A DNA stretch of 40,161 nucleotides. Source: Octopus bimaculoides. Taxonomy: Eukaryota. The notes below the pieces were generated by a model. The model was not told where the DNA came from and made no database searches. It was given only the letters and a program-made list of their open reading frames with translations. The position numbers and the translations under genes are program-made. Below are positions 12,200 to 22,919 of the stretch, one piece after another (within the stretch, counting starts at the first letter, position 1; each line of letters opens with the position of its first letter). The DNA lies in assembly GCF_001194135.2 (NCBI RefSeq), contig NC_068993.1, positions 34,306,909-34,347,069 of the forward strand. The letters run 5' to 3'.

Positions 12200-13240
12200 A
12201 TACTATGCTATGTAGATGATATAACATTTTTGTTAAAGACTGCATCCACATAGTTCCTGAAAAGAAAGCCCTGGAGAACATTCAGCACGCAGGTAACATC
12301 ATCTCCCAAAGTATCAAGGTAACGATAGACCACCCTACAATGCAACTCGCTGCCCTTGATCCTGAACTTTGGCTGTGAGACTATAGATAACAAAGTTCAG
12401 CACCATTCTTATTAGCAGCATTACTTACGATAGTGAAGAACATATGACCCTTGTGTGAACCCCATGGATTCAAGAAACGTGTACAAGATATTATGTACTG
12501 CATGCAGTGCTATGATTACAGCCAGAAAGACAGGCTCAGTGTGTACAGGAGGGCAACAAGCAATTAGATAATATTAAAAGTAAATATACTTAGAGAACTC
12601 GTCCTAGATACTGTGATAAACTTTGGAGTAGACTACAGAGAATTTGTAAAGACAAAGAAGAAAAACTTGTGGTACAACACAAGCAAATTTCAAAGGAGGA
12701 TATTTGTAGAAACTACACCAAATAGGGATTTAGTCCGTAAATTTAGAAAGGCTGTTCGTTTCGCTAAACTCAATATTTAAGTTGTAGAGAAAGAAGGGCG
12801 GTCCGTTAGATTACAAATAAGTAAAACATGCTTTCGATAGGAATGCGTGTACAGATAGGAACTACTTGGATATACATTTTGCCCTAGGATTAACAGCAAA
12901 ACTAGAAGTGTTATCTACCGTTTAAAATGTATGGAGAGTGAGAGTCAGAACTCCACCACGGCATACATCACTGAAATTTCAAAACGTTTGGCAGAGAGAA
13001 TGAATGAGAATTGGCCTAAGTTCTATGGCAAAGAGAAATTTACTCTTTTAACATGCCAAAGATAAATACGGCACCATGCTGAACCAAGTATGTATTAAAA
13101 TTCTGTGAGCACACTCGTATGGCACATCATTACAACAAATACGAGAGTGTATTCTCATAAAACAATCTATGCCATTACGAACCAAAAAGGACCATGAATA
13201 AATAAATTCTAAGAACCGCAACACCGCTGCCACTACCGAC
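12200..13240 (+). mobile_element. Penelope-like element relic (RT + GIY-YIG)
   Basis: CYVDDITF at 12206-12229; SIKVTIDHP..LAALDPELW (RT); SVIYRLKC...AYITEISKRLAERMNE at ~12907-13010 (GIY-YIG); LQQIRECILIK at the C-terminus. Correct domain order; many stops. Confidence 0.7.
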
Positions 13241-13701
13241 ACACTATGTTGCACATTAATAAAGGCTGGGGGGGGGGATCAAGTAAAAGAGGGAGAGGGG
13301 ATACATAAAAGCAGTAGAATAACAGCAAAACGGAATATTTGCAAGTAATTCCAACATACATCCTAACAAAAGCACACACACACGCACGCACACACACACA
13401 CACACAAAAAAGCACACACGTGCGCGCATGCATACACATTTAAATATACACTCACTTAATCAACCGACTACACCAAACACGCACACACATATGCATACGT
13501 ATACACGCATACACACATACACACAAATACGCACACAAACTAGAATGTACATACGCAGGAATGCATGCTCACGCACACACATGAACACATACACAAACGC
13601 ACACACACTCGCTCTCCCTTCCTCTCCCCACCTTCCATTTAAGACTATACACATACACTGATAGATCATGATTGGATCACAAGCAGATTCGAAGATGACG
13701 T

Positions 13702-13810
<109 letters not shown>

Positions 13811-13994
13811 GGCAAGTCATTAAAACGATTGCTGATGACCGATAACCAATTGAATAATAATAAGAAAGTGAAAAGGAACCAGTGTGTATGTGTGTTTAAT
13901 TATTGAGTGATAACCCTCCCAAGCTTAGAACAAATTTTGTCACAGCTCACGAATTCACATCAAGATTCATAAAAAACAAATACAAAAGCAATCT

Positions 13995-14041
13995 TTATTA
14001 TTATTACTATTATTATTATTATTGTTATTATCATTATTATC

Positions 14042-14095
<54 letters not shown>

Positions 14096-14105
14096 GTTAT
14101 TATTA
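13995..14105. repeat. (TTA)n microsatellite
   Basis: Seen directly, slightly interrupted. Confidence 0.97.
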
Positions 14106-14647
14106 AGTGAGAAAGCAGTGCATGCCATCAAAATGGCACTGGAGTACAAATATACGAAGCCCAGTATACCCAAAACGACTACCCGTCTGATAAGGGTACA
14201 CCAGTGACATGCATCACAACCATATGTGCGCGAAATGGTGATCTCATATCAAAATAAACTGTGCATGACCTTGCTGCTAGTGCTCAGTTAGAATTTTCTT
14301 CAGCTCGAGTAGTTTGTCAGGTCTCTGAATAAGGGTTGTTTAAGGATGTTGAACGAAACACCCATGTTTCCAAAGGTGAATTATCCAAGCCCCAAAGAAT
14401 TCCTTTCAACACATGGTTATCATGCTCCCCTGCTACTGACGCTTTTGATCAGAGATGTACATATCGTCAGCCACTAAGGGCATGCTCAACTGGTGAAGGT
14501 CAAACAACTGACAAGCAAATCTGTGGTATTAAGCATAATATTTGCTGTAGCCCATCTTTTATATCAAGACAAATTATATACATGATAACACTTCCAATCA
14601 GTTAAGATCAGAAACTATGAGGGCCATGGCTGGTACTGCATCCCGGC

Positions 14648-14649
<2 letters not shown>
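14106..14649. mobile_element. Non-coding interspersed repeat embedded in (TTA)n
   Basis: ~540 bp of complex non-coding sequence bounded on both sides by (TTA)n. I recall it as an abundant Octopus repeat (unverified); orientation not provable here. Confidence 0.55.
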
Positions 14650-14712
<63 letters not shown>

Positions 14713-14713
<1 letters not shown>

Positions 14714-14886
14714 CATTGGTTGGTTCAGGTTCGGTCTTATTCCCGGTAGGATTTGTATGGACAGCGGGTTTCTAGCTATAACCTTAGGTATCCACAAGTT
14801 TTCAGCAGTCTTTCAAGTGCTTAGAACCCTTCTGATAATCCTTGCTATTCCTAAGAGACAAACTTTCTGTAGGAGTTTGACAGGGC
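14713..14886 (-). mobile_element. R4/Dong-like LINE extreme 3' end with (TAA)n tail
   Basis: PVKLLQKVCLLGIARIIRRVLST* is the conserved REL-LINE terminus (LQK..LLG.ARI.R.VL); ~105-bp UTR, then (TAA)n at 14650-14712. Confidence 0.8.
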
Positions 14887-14955
14887 CTTCTTCTTCTTCT
14901 TCTTCTTCTTCTTCTTCTTCTTCTTCTTCTTCTTCTTCTTCTTCTTCTTCTTCTT

Positions 14956-14986
<31 letters not shown>

Positions 14987-15040
14987 TTATTATTATTATT
15001 ATTATTAGTAATAGTAGTAGTAGTAGTAGTAGTGGTAGTA
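14887..15040. repeat. Compound (CTT)n(TTA)n(TAG)n microsatellite
   Basis: Seen directly. Confidence 0.97.
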
Positions 15041-15042
15041 TC

Positions 15043-15510
15043 ATTATTATTTAAGACGTCACAAAATATCTAATATCGTGATGTTATTGGTTGAAGTTAC
15101 TGTGTCTACCAGGGGTTTGTACTGTCTGTGAAGTCATAATAAATACCTCAGACAGACACTACTTTACGCAATGTGCGTGTAGTTCCTAGTAATGCTGATT
15201 CTTACAATCCAGCTAGATTGTAGGGAGTTCCTAATGTTTCCAGATGTTTCTTCAAGCTTTGTGGTATTGAACCCAATGCTCCGATGACAACAGGGACAAC
15301 CTTTATGTTTGACTCTCGTAGCCGCCATATCTTGGCGATCTCATTCTCAGGTCTCTATATTTTTTAATCTTTTTTCTTTCTTTCATGAGAACATGTTGAT
15401 CTCCTAGCACAGCCTCGTTGATTATTAGGTACTCTTGTTTCTCCCACCTAATAGTTATTGTATCTGGCCTTCGGTGCTCGTCCAGTTTTATGCATGTAGA
15501 ATAGTGGGAG
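15043..15510 (-). mobile_element. R4/Dong-like LINE 3' fragment (REL domain)
   Basis: EHRRPDTI...KIKKYRDL...VVPVVIGALGSIPQSLKKHLETLG..SALLGTTRTLRKV, UTR and short TAA tail. Confidence 0.8.
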
Positions 15511-15864
15511 AATAATATTAGAAAATAAAAGAATACTAGATGTAGTCATAAAGTAGAGATCAGGAATGTTCTTATTATCCAAGATATAAGTACTGGTAGA
15601 TTGAGAGATGTTAATACAAATAGGATGATGCCAAGTTAAAATCGTTGAAGATTAAATGTAAATTCATGTTAACCTGATTAGATGGGTTTTAAACTTTTAA
15701 ACTATAAACACTAATATGCGAACAAAAAGGCAAACACACACACACACATACACATACACACACATGTATGTATGTATGTATGCATGTATGTATGTATGTA
15801 TGTATGTATGTATGTATGTATGTATGTATGTATGTATGTATACAATGAGCTTTTTCAATAACTG

Positions 15865-15980
15865 TATATCAAGTCCACTCACAAGGCATTAATAGGCCCG
15901 AGGGTATAGTGGAGGACATGCAATGGAACTGAAACCGGAACCATGTAGTTGTGAAGCAAATTACGGAGCGCATAGCCATG
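15865..15980 (-). mobile_element. SINE family A head fragment
   Basis: ccactcacaaggc..ggcccgagg.tatag..ctgaa.ccggaaccatgt.gtt aligns to 37105-37235. Confidence 0.75.
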
Positions 15981-15994
15981 ATATGTGCGCGCGC

Positions 15995-16130
15995 GCGTAC
16001 GTGGTAAGTAGTCTGCTTCCCAGACATTGTCCCATGTTCAATCTCATTGCATGTCTTCCGCTATAGCCTCGGGCCGATTAATGTCTTGTGAGTAGATTTG
16101 ATAGAAGGGCATTGAAAGAAGTTCGTCATG
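15995..16130 (+). mobile_element. SINE family A head fragment (opposite orientation)
   Basis: gtggtaagtag.ctgctt..ctatagcctcgggccga..cttgtgagt.gatttg..gaaagaag..cgtc then (AT)n. Confidence 0.75.
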
Positions 16131-16249
16131 TATATATATATATATATATATATAGTTTTAGGGAAAATTTAAGGCTCAATTTAATTTTAATTTTTTATAA
16201 ATTGATTTTAATTGAGTTTTTTACCTGTAATTTTGGATCTTGTCCCTAA

Positions 16250-16250
<1 letters not shown>

Positions 16251-16330
<80 letters not shown>
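16251..16330. repeat. (TTA)n(TA)n microsatellite
   Basis: Seen directly. Confidence 0.97.
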
Positions 16331-16333
<3 letters not shown>

Positions 16334-16475
16334 AATTATAATTTAGGCTATCTAAGTCATACCACCACGCTGGAAATAGCAGTCAAAACTTGACTCTAAA
16401 ACCACATTAAATGTTCATATATCACCAGGAGAGAAGACGAAGCGACAAAATAAACTAGCAAAAATTACTGAATAA

Positions 16476-16532
16476 TTCTCGATCCCGGATTTCTGGCTCT
16501 ACATATGAAATGCACCGCCTTCATCAGTGGAC
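16476..16532 (-). ncRNA. Minimal hammerhead-ribozyme-like motif
   Basis: Minus strand: CTGATGA-A-GGC-(19 nt)-GCC-A-GAAA-TCCGGGA-TC-GAGAA; palindromic stem III (ATCC/GGAT) and AUC triplet; stem I poorly paired. Confidence 0.45.
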
Positions 16533-16917
16533 GATACTCAGAAAAGCACATAAATACAAATATATATATATATATATATATANNNNNNNNNNNNNNNNNN
16601 NNNNNNNNNNNNNNNNNNNNNNNNNNNNNNNNNNNNNNNNNNNNNNNNNNNNNNNNNNNNNNNNNNNNNNNNNNNNNNNNNNNNNNNNNNNNNNNNNNNN
16701 NNNNNNNNNNNNNNNNNNNNNNNNNNNNNNNNNNNNNNNNNNNNNNNNNNNNNNNNNNNNNNNNNNNNNNNNNNNNNNNNNNNNNNNNNNNATATATATA
16801 TATTATTTAAAAGAGTTCTCACCCTGTCTGTTTTTTATGTTTTATTTATATTCTTATAAAATTAATGTGGGATATAAAATATGGAATATATAATATAAAT
16901 ACTAAAATTATTCCAAA

Positions 16918-17665
16918 CACAGATGTCCTTGCATCTGCAGGCATCAACTCAAATTAAAGCTATGCTTTTGAGGAAGGAAATGAGATTGTGTGGCCATATT
17001 GCTCGAATGGCAGATTAACGCATACTGAAACTGCTGTATTATGGTGAGCTTGCAGAGGGGAAATGCTATCGGCGTAAACCTAAACAAAAAAAGGTTTAAG
17101 GACGGCATAAGAACTACTATGAAGTCACTTGGAATGGATCCAGAGGACATAGAATCCCTTGCTTCGGATCGAGTTGGATGGCGAACAAAAGTGTGGAGTG
17201 GAGTGAAAGCATTTGAAGATGCCAGGATAATACAAATAAGACTCAAAAGAGATCTAAGGAAGAATGTAACAATCGAGAAGATAAAAGACAATGACCTTTT
17301 TGTGTGCACAATTTGTGACAGACCATGCCTTCCTCTTGCTGGCCTCAAATCTCATCTGCGAACCTATGGAAAACGAACCTCCACCCACTATTCTGCCTAT
17401 ATGTCTGTGCACACCTTTGAATGCAGTGTATACCAGAAGGTTTGCAAATCTAACAGGGGTCTCAAAAGACATTTTAAGATCCACAAAGATGAGAACTTAT
17501 CTGCAGCTCTTGGTGGTTCAAATCGGATGTGCAATCTGTGTGGGTGTCTTTTCAGAAGATTGTCTTGTTTAAAAAGTCACATCAGATGCCATGATGGTGG
17601 TAAGGTGTAGGCACAGGAGGTGGTCAAACTCTGCATAAGGAGTAGACAACCACCATATATATAGA
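16918..17665 (+). mobile_element. RTE-clade LINE 3' end with three C2H2 zinc fingers
   Basis: TDVLASAGINSIKAMLLRKEMRLCGHIARMAD*RILKLLYYGELAEG then KKRFKD..KSLGMDP..ESLASDRVGWR..GVKAFE (RTE C-terminus), then three Cx2C-x12-Hx3H units, stop at 17608-17610, short UTR and simple-repeat tail. Confidence 0.88.
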
Positions 17666-17964
17666 TCTACACACACGCACGCACGCACACACACACACAC
17701 GCACACACACACACAAACACACACNNNNNNNNNNNNNNNNNNNNNNNNNNNNNNNNNNNNNNNNNNNNNNNNNNNNNNNNNNNNNNNNNNNNNNNNNNNN
17801 NNNNNNNNNNNNNNNNNNNNNNNNNNNNNNNNNNNNNNNNNNNNNNNNNNNNNNNNNNNNNNNNNNNNNNNNNNNNNNNNNNNNNNNNNNNNNNNNNNNN
17901 NNNNNNNNNNNNNNNNNNNNNNNNNNNNNNNNNNNNNNNNNNNNNNNNNNNNNNNNNNNNNNNN

Positions 17965-18005
<41 letters not shown>

Positions 18006-18142
18006 CATATATGGAATAATTACTGTGAAGCATTGTGTAGAATATATTGTATAACGATCGTGGATAAGGCCAAAACAATGCAAAGTAAATGCAAGGTAAA
18101 TCACAAGAAAACGAATATGTGAATTAATGTACTTACCTTGTA

Positions 18143-18178
18143 TTCAATATTTCGGGGTTATTACCCCATTTTCAAGAA
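18143..18178 (-). ncRNA. Decayed minimal hammerhead motif at the PLE ORF end
   Basis: TTC-TTGAAAA-T-GGGG-TAATAA-CCCC-GAAA-TAT-T-GAA: stems I and II pair; core is two substitutions from CTGAAGA; the ORF stop TGA lies within the core. Confidence 0.55.
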
Positions 18179-18916
18179 ATTGATGGTTGTTGCCGATGTG
18201 CGTGTGTGTGAGCGTGTGTGGAGTGGACATGCGCAGAAGGGTGTTGCTGTAGCAACCAGCTAGCTTCCTGTAATTCCTGCCTATTATTGATTTTGGGTTT
18301 CTTTTGGTGTATGAGGGTGACCTCAGATATTCTAAGGTTGCCCCTGTTCCGCTGTGTTGCCTTGATGTGCACTGTGAACTCCCGGGTCTGGCATATTCGC
18401 AGATGTTTCTTCACGGAAGTGTCTGCCTGTGTGTGTTCCTTAGTGCGTACGTGCAGGTTTCTTGTCGTGCTTCGGATGTAGGTTGCCACAGATGATCTAA
18501 TATACGACATAGGTCCTCTGGCACAATTCCGGGTCATTGATAGAGCAGTTCGACAATGTGCAATACTCAGAGTAGTGAGAGTGTTGTTCCTGGACAGAGC
18601 TTTTCTCAGGGAAGGGTCGGTGTGCATTATCTCTATGTCGAGTCCTTCCCTGTGGACTGCGTGTTGTATCGCTGCAGTAGTTCTGTCGTCAAAGGATGGT
18701 AGCTTTAGGAGGTACGTGCCAGAGTTGTGAGTATGCTGGTTCTTCCGGGGTTTATTGACCTTGATGTCCTTCAAGCGCCGTTGTTTAGCTAAAGATGGTG
18801 GGTAGCCATTCAGTGTTAGATCTCTGAGGAAGTGTTTGGTGTAGACGGTTTTGTCGGTCACGTTGCTGCAATTGTTGCTTATACGTGCAATCTTGTTTCT
18901 TACGTATGCGGCTTTG
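18143..18916 (-). mobile_element. Penelope-like element 3' part (RT thumb, GIY-YIG, pLTR start)
   Basis: KAAYVRNKIARISNNCS..LTLNGYPP (PLE NGYP motif); YVVY..TYIRSTTRNLHVRTKEH; NLRISEVTLIHQKKPKINNRQE. Confidence 0.9.
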
Positions 18917-19120
18917 GTCAATAACACCGACATAAACATCAGATTCGAAACTGAACATCCAGACGAATTCGGAACTCTCTCTCTACTGGACTTCCAACTC
19001 AAGATCACAGAGCAAGGCTCCATATTTACCAAATTCTATAGAAAAGTCGCTAATAGAAAACTTTTCATCATCTACCAATCAGCCTTGCCCACCAGAGTCA
19101 AAGCTGCATACGTGAGAAAC
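18917..19120 (+). mobile_element. Inverted segment of the same PLE (RT C-terminal part)
   Basis: NNTDINIRFETEHPDEFGTLSLLDFQLKITEQGSIFTKFYRKVANRKLFIIYQSALPTRVKAAYVRN, i.e. the sequence immediately upstream of the minus-strand part. Confidence 0.88.
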
Positions 19121-19130
19121 GTATATATAT

Positions 19131-19300
19131 ATGGGGGAGAATTCACAAAAAAAAAAAAGATGAAGAGAGGTGGTGTAGACAACAAACAGATGTATTAGTA
19201 TAACGCTCGTGTAGTGAAAACGTCTTTAAAGTTTCGAGTCTACGCTCTTCCACAGAAAGGAACACAGATAGAAACAAGGAGAGAAAAAAACGAATGTGTA
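19131..19300 (-). mobile_element. Short repeat carrying a hammerhead-like motif (copy 1)
   Basis: Homologous to ~39420-39560. Motif 19224-19259: CTTT-CTGTGGA-A-GAG-CGTAGA-CTC-GAAAC-TTT-AAAG. Confidence 0.7.
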
Positions 19301-19318
19301 GTGGCTATCGATCTACAT

Positions 19319-19321
<3 letters not shown>

Positions 19322-19378
<57 letters not shown>
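19322..19378. repeat. (AG)n microsatellite
   Basis: Seen directly. Confidence 0.97.
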
Positions 19379-19381
<3 letters not shown>

Positions 19382-20380
19382 AAGGGATGGTTATGTTGAT
19401 TAAATGTACGAATAACTGAGGAAGTGAAAAATTAGAAATCTTACTCGTCTCGAATTGCAGTATCTGACCGTACACCACTCAGAAGCACATATAAGGTGAC
19501 GTAATAAATTTTTTATGAACTAACTCTTCAGTTTTGTTTTTTGTGTTTTGTCTCTGATGTCGCTAAAAATGAAAATCAATGAAAGCAAAAATGAATTGTA
19601 GTATATTATTTCTGTTCAAAGTGTTTGTCTTTAGTTGAATAAGGATGTTCGCAAATAGGAAATACAAGACAAAATCAGGTCCTCACCACCCGATTAATAA
19701 AGGAATAAAGGTTTGGACGCATGGTAATCATAGGTCTGTCCAAACAGAAGGTGCCCGTCATAATAAGCATCTCTAGTTAACATTCAGATTTAGAGAGAAG
19801 TGTTGATATTGACAAATCAATTATAAAGGAAAACATACCATAAGCTTGGTGTAACATTTGTAATATATTTAAATGCATAAACAGAAAATATGGATCTTAA
19901 GTTTTATGATAGATGTAAATAGGTATAAAGTACCATGTAGTCCAGTAAACAGGTAATAAAAAGGCAGCTGTTATTAGGACTGCGTGAAATATTTGCAGAC
20001 GTCTGAAACTTTTCGTCGTTAGAGCTTTGAAGTTAAAAGAAATTCGATTACGAAGAAACACGTTTTTCAAAATTGATTAAATGCACCGGAACAGACACTG
20101 CAACAACAAATTGCAGTTATATTCAGATACAAAAAAAAAAAAAAATTAAAATTGCTTTTTCTTTACACGGAGCGAAAAGGAAAATCGCAATAACCTTTGA
20201 CAAATTTTTAATTCTCCAGTTGACCAACTGGTTTAGTGTAAAGCCCTTAAAAACACGTGCGCGTACACACACACACGCACACACGCACACAGAAACACAC
20301 GAATGCTATGCTAATATACACAATAGACTGACAATAATTTCGATATTTCGAACAGAAGGCCTTCCTCTGACTACATGTAC

Positions 20381-20447
<67 letters not shown>
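20381..20447. repeat. (TATC)n microsatellite
   Basis: Seen directly; similar (TATC)n/(TGTC)n/(TG)n compounds at ~20736-20880 and ~24130-24320. Confidence 0.96.
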
Positions 20448-20734
20448 CATAAAAAATTTAGATTCAAGGTGAATATGGTACTTAAGTTTAGGCATCAGAA
20501 TTAAGTATGGTATTATCCATACAATTCCAAAATAAGGTAATTAAAATCAAAATAAGCAACTTGGATCTCCAAAGTTAATGCAGTACGATCGTTTCATGCG
20601 ACTCAATTTATTTAAGGATTGTGAACATTACCTCAAATATAAAATGCAGAGCAATCCTCAGCTGCACAAGGTTATAGAAATTTACTGAAATTTCATTACA
20701 ACAGAAGGACATATTTTTGAAACTACATTTAAAC

Positions 20735-20845
<111 letters not shown>

Positions 20846-21228
20846 CTGTGTGTATGTGTGTGTGTGTATGTGTGTTTGTGTGTAGGAGAATTTGTTTTGG
20901 GGTTTGAAAATGCAACTGAATTTGAAGTAGTTGTTTTTAAACAGATTTATTTCAAACTCACCCAAAACAAATTGTCCAGTATTTTTCCTGCGTGGGAATA
21001 TACTTCTTTCCATATANNNNNNNNNNNNNNNNNNNNNNNNNNTATAATATAAATGTCATGTGGCGATGCTGGGTAGATATCGACTTTTACACCTTTTTAC
21101 AATGTAGAATTTATCTCCACAGTAACTGTAGTGAATTTGCCGTTTAGCAGTTGAAATATGTCACAAACATATTTTAAGTAACCTAAACTTTGCTTATACA
21201 TAAACACTGCTTGGCACTGATGTTACGC

Positions 21229-21269
<41 letters not shown>

Positions 21270-21428
21270 ACTCACACAGAAATGTGACAACATGGGCAAG
21301 AGTCACTTACAGTGACCTTAGATCTACCTGGCCTTTTTATATTTGCAGCTCTATTGCGTGCATGCTTGTTTGCCTGCTTGAGTGCGTGCTTGTGTGCGCG
21401 CTAGCGTGCGTGCTTGCGTGTGTGTATG

Positions 21429-21477
<49 letters not shown>

Positions 21478-22554
21478 CATAACGCAGTAAAGATAATTAT
21501 GGGCGGTTAGCATTCTACCATATGATGATTCACAGATGGTGGTAGATTTTACGTGGTCATTTGACGAGCTAGAATCAATCAATCGATCAATCCCTTTGTG
21601 TAGTCTTTTGAAAAAGAATGAGAAGGGGAGGGAGAAAATTGCGATGACAGAAACAATACCACCAATGGAAAGAGAATCAACATCTCGCTATGTATTTTCA
21701 TAGTTAAAATTAGGTAAGTTAAATAGCGAAGTTGTCGAATAGAGTAACACCGTGTCCGATACACCTTCGATGTGTGTAAATTTAAGGTGATAAAATAGGC
21801 CTTAAATTGCACACACATTAGAATATACAGTTGAATAGCGGCAAGCAAAGTTGAATAAAAAAAAAAAAAGCAAGCAATTACAGCATGAAGGATACATGTT
21901 GGTCATGGATAAACATACAAACGCTGTTAACTTCATGTAAGCTTCTATTGTTTAAGGAAAAATTTTCGTCGCACAAATATCCGCTAAGTGACTGATGCGG
22001 TGGAGACACGTCTGTGATGAGGTCGTAGTTGTGAGGAAGATTTTGACACCAAATAATGAATTTTTAAGTGAAACTAAGAAATTTCCTCTGTGTTTGAATA
22101 GATAACGCTTTAATTGTTTCAGTTATGCTTCAAAACGCGACTTCAAATGAAAATAGTTGACTGGCATTTACTCAAGCGAATCACAATGAATAAACAATTA
22201 ATTTGAACCTGTATTGTAAATACTCAATATCATTAATATTAGGATGACATTTCATTGCAAATATTGCAATAATGCTAGGATACTATAACCGTTTTACATA
22301 ACCTTCAGTTAGCTTTAGTAGCTGCATTTTAATTCATAAGCTTTCTATTACAATAAACCCTGTACTATATGCAATTAAAAAAAACAATACAAGACCAGAA
22401 ATCAAAGGTGATCAAATAAGTCGTACAATTAGTATATAGTTTAATCAGGGTCATATTTAGATACGCAGAAACATACACACACACACATATACGCACTCAC
22501 GGGCTCACAAACATAAACACACACACACAAGAATGCACACACACACACGAGAGA

Positions 22555-22830
22555 GAGGAATGGAGGTAGTATGCTCCGTTGGATTTGTAACATCAGAGTG
22601 CATTATCAACAAAGTTCAGCTGTGTTTAGAGAAAGGTTAGGCACAAGTGGAATTAGACGTAGCATGCAGGAGAGGAGAATGCGTTGGTTTGGACAAGTGA
22701 TGTGTATGAGTAAGGCAGCTGTATACAGAAGTGCCCGTCACTGAATGTAGATGGTATCTGTGGAAGAGGGAGGTTCAGGAACCCAATCATGGAAGTCGGA
22801 CGTTGAACGATGATGATGATGATGATGATA
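22555..22830 (+). mobile_element. RTE-clade LINE 3' fragment (second family) with (GAT)n tail
   Basis: SMLRWICNIRVH..FRERLGTSGIRRSMQERRMRWFGQVMCM then SCIQKCPSLNVDGICGRGR after a frameshift; (GAT)n at ~22808-22830. Confidence 0.8.
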
Positions 22831-22831
22831 T

Positions 22832-22878
<47 letters not shown>

Positions 22879-22919
22879 AATGTAATCATTTATATATATA
22901 TGTATATATATTATTTTAT

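Noticed and set aside
13903-15044. Poly-Y/N/L/I/S/R ORFs, and all HT, CV, YI, IYLS and poly-E ORFs elsewhere
   Set aside because: Translations of microsatellites or N-gaps.
21712-21719. Consensus splice donor AG|GTAAGT
   Set aside because: No convincing upstream acceptor or recognisable coding sequence; such 8-mers occur by chance in 40 kb.
22014-22120. C/D snoRNA (GTGATGA box C)
   Set aside because: No CTGA D box at a suitable distance and no terminal stem.
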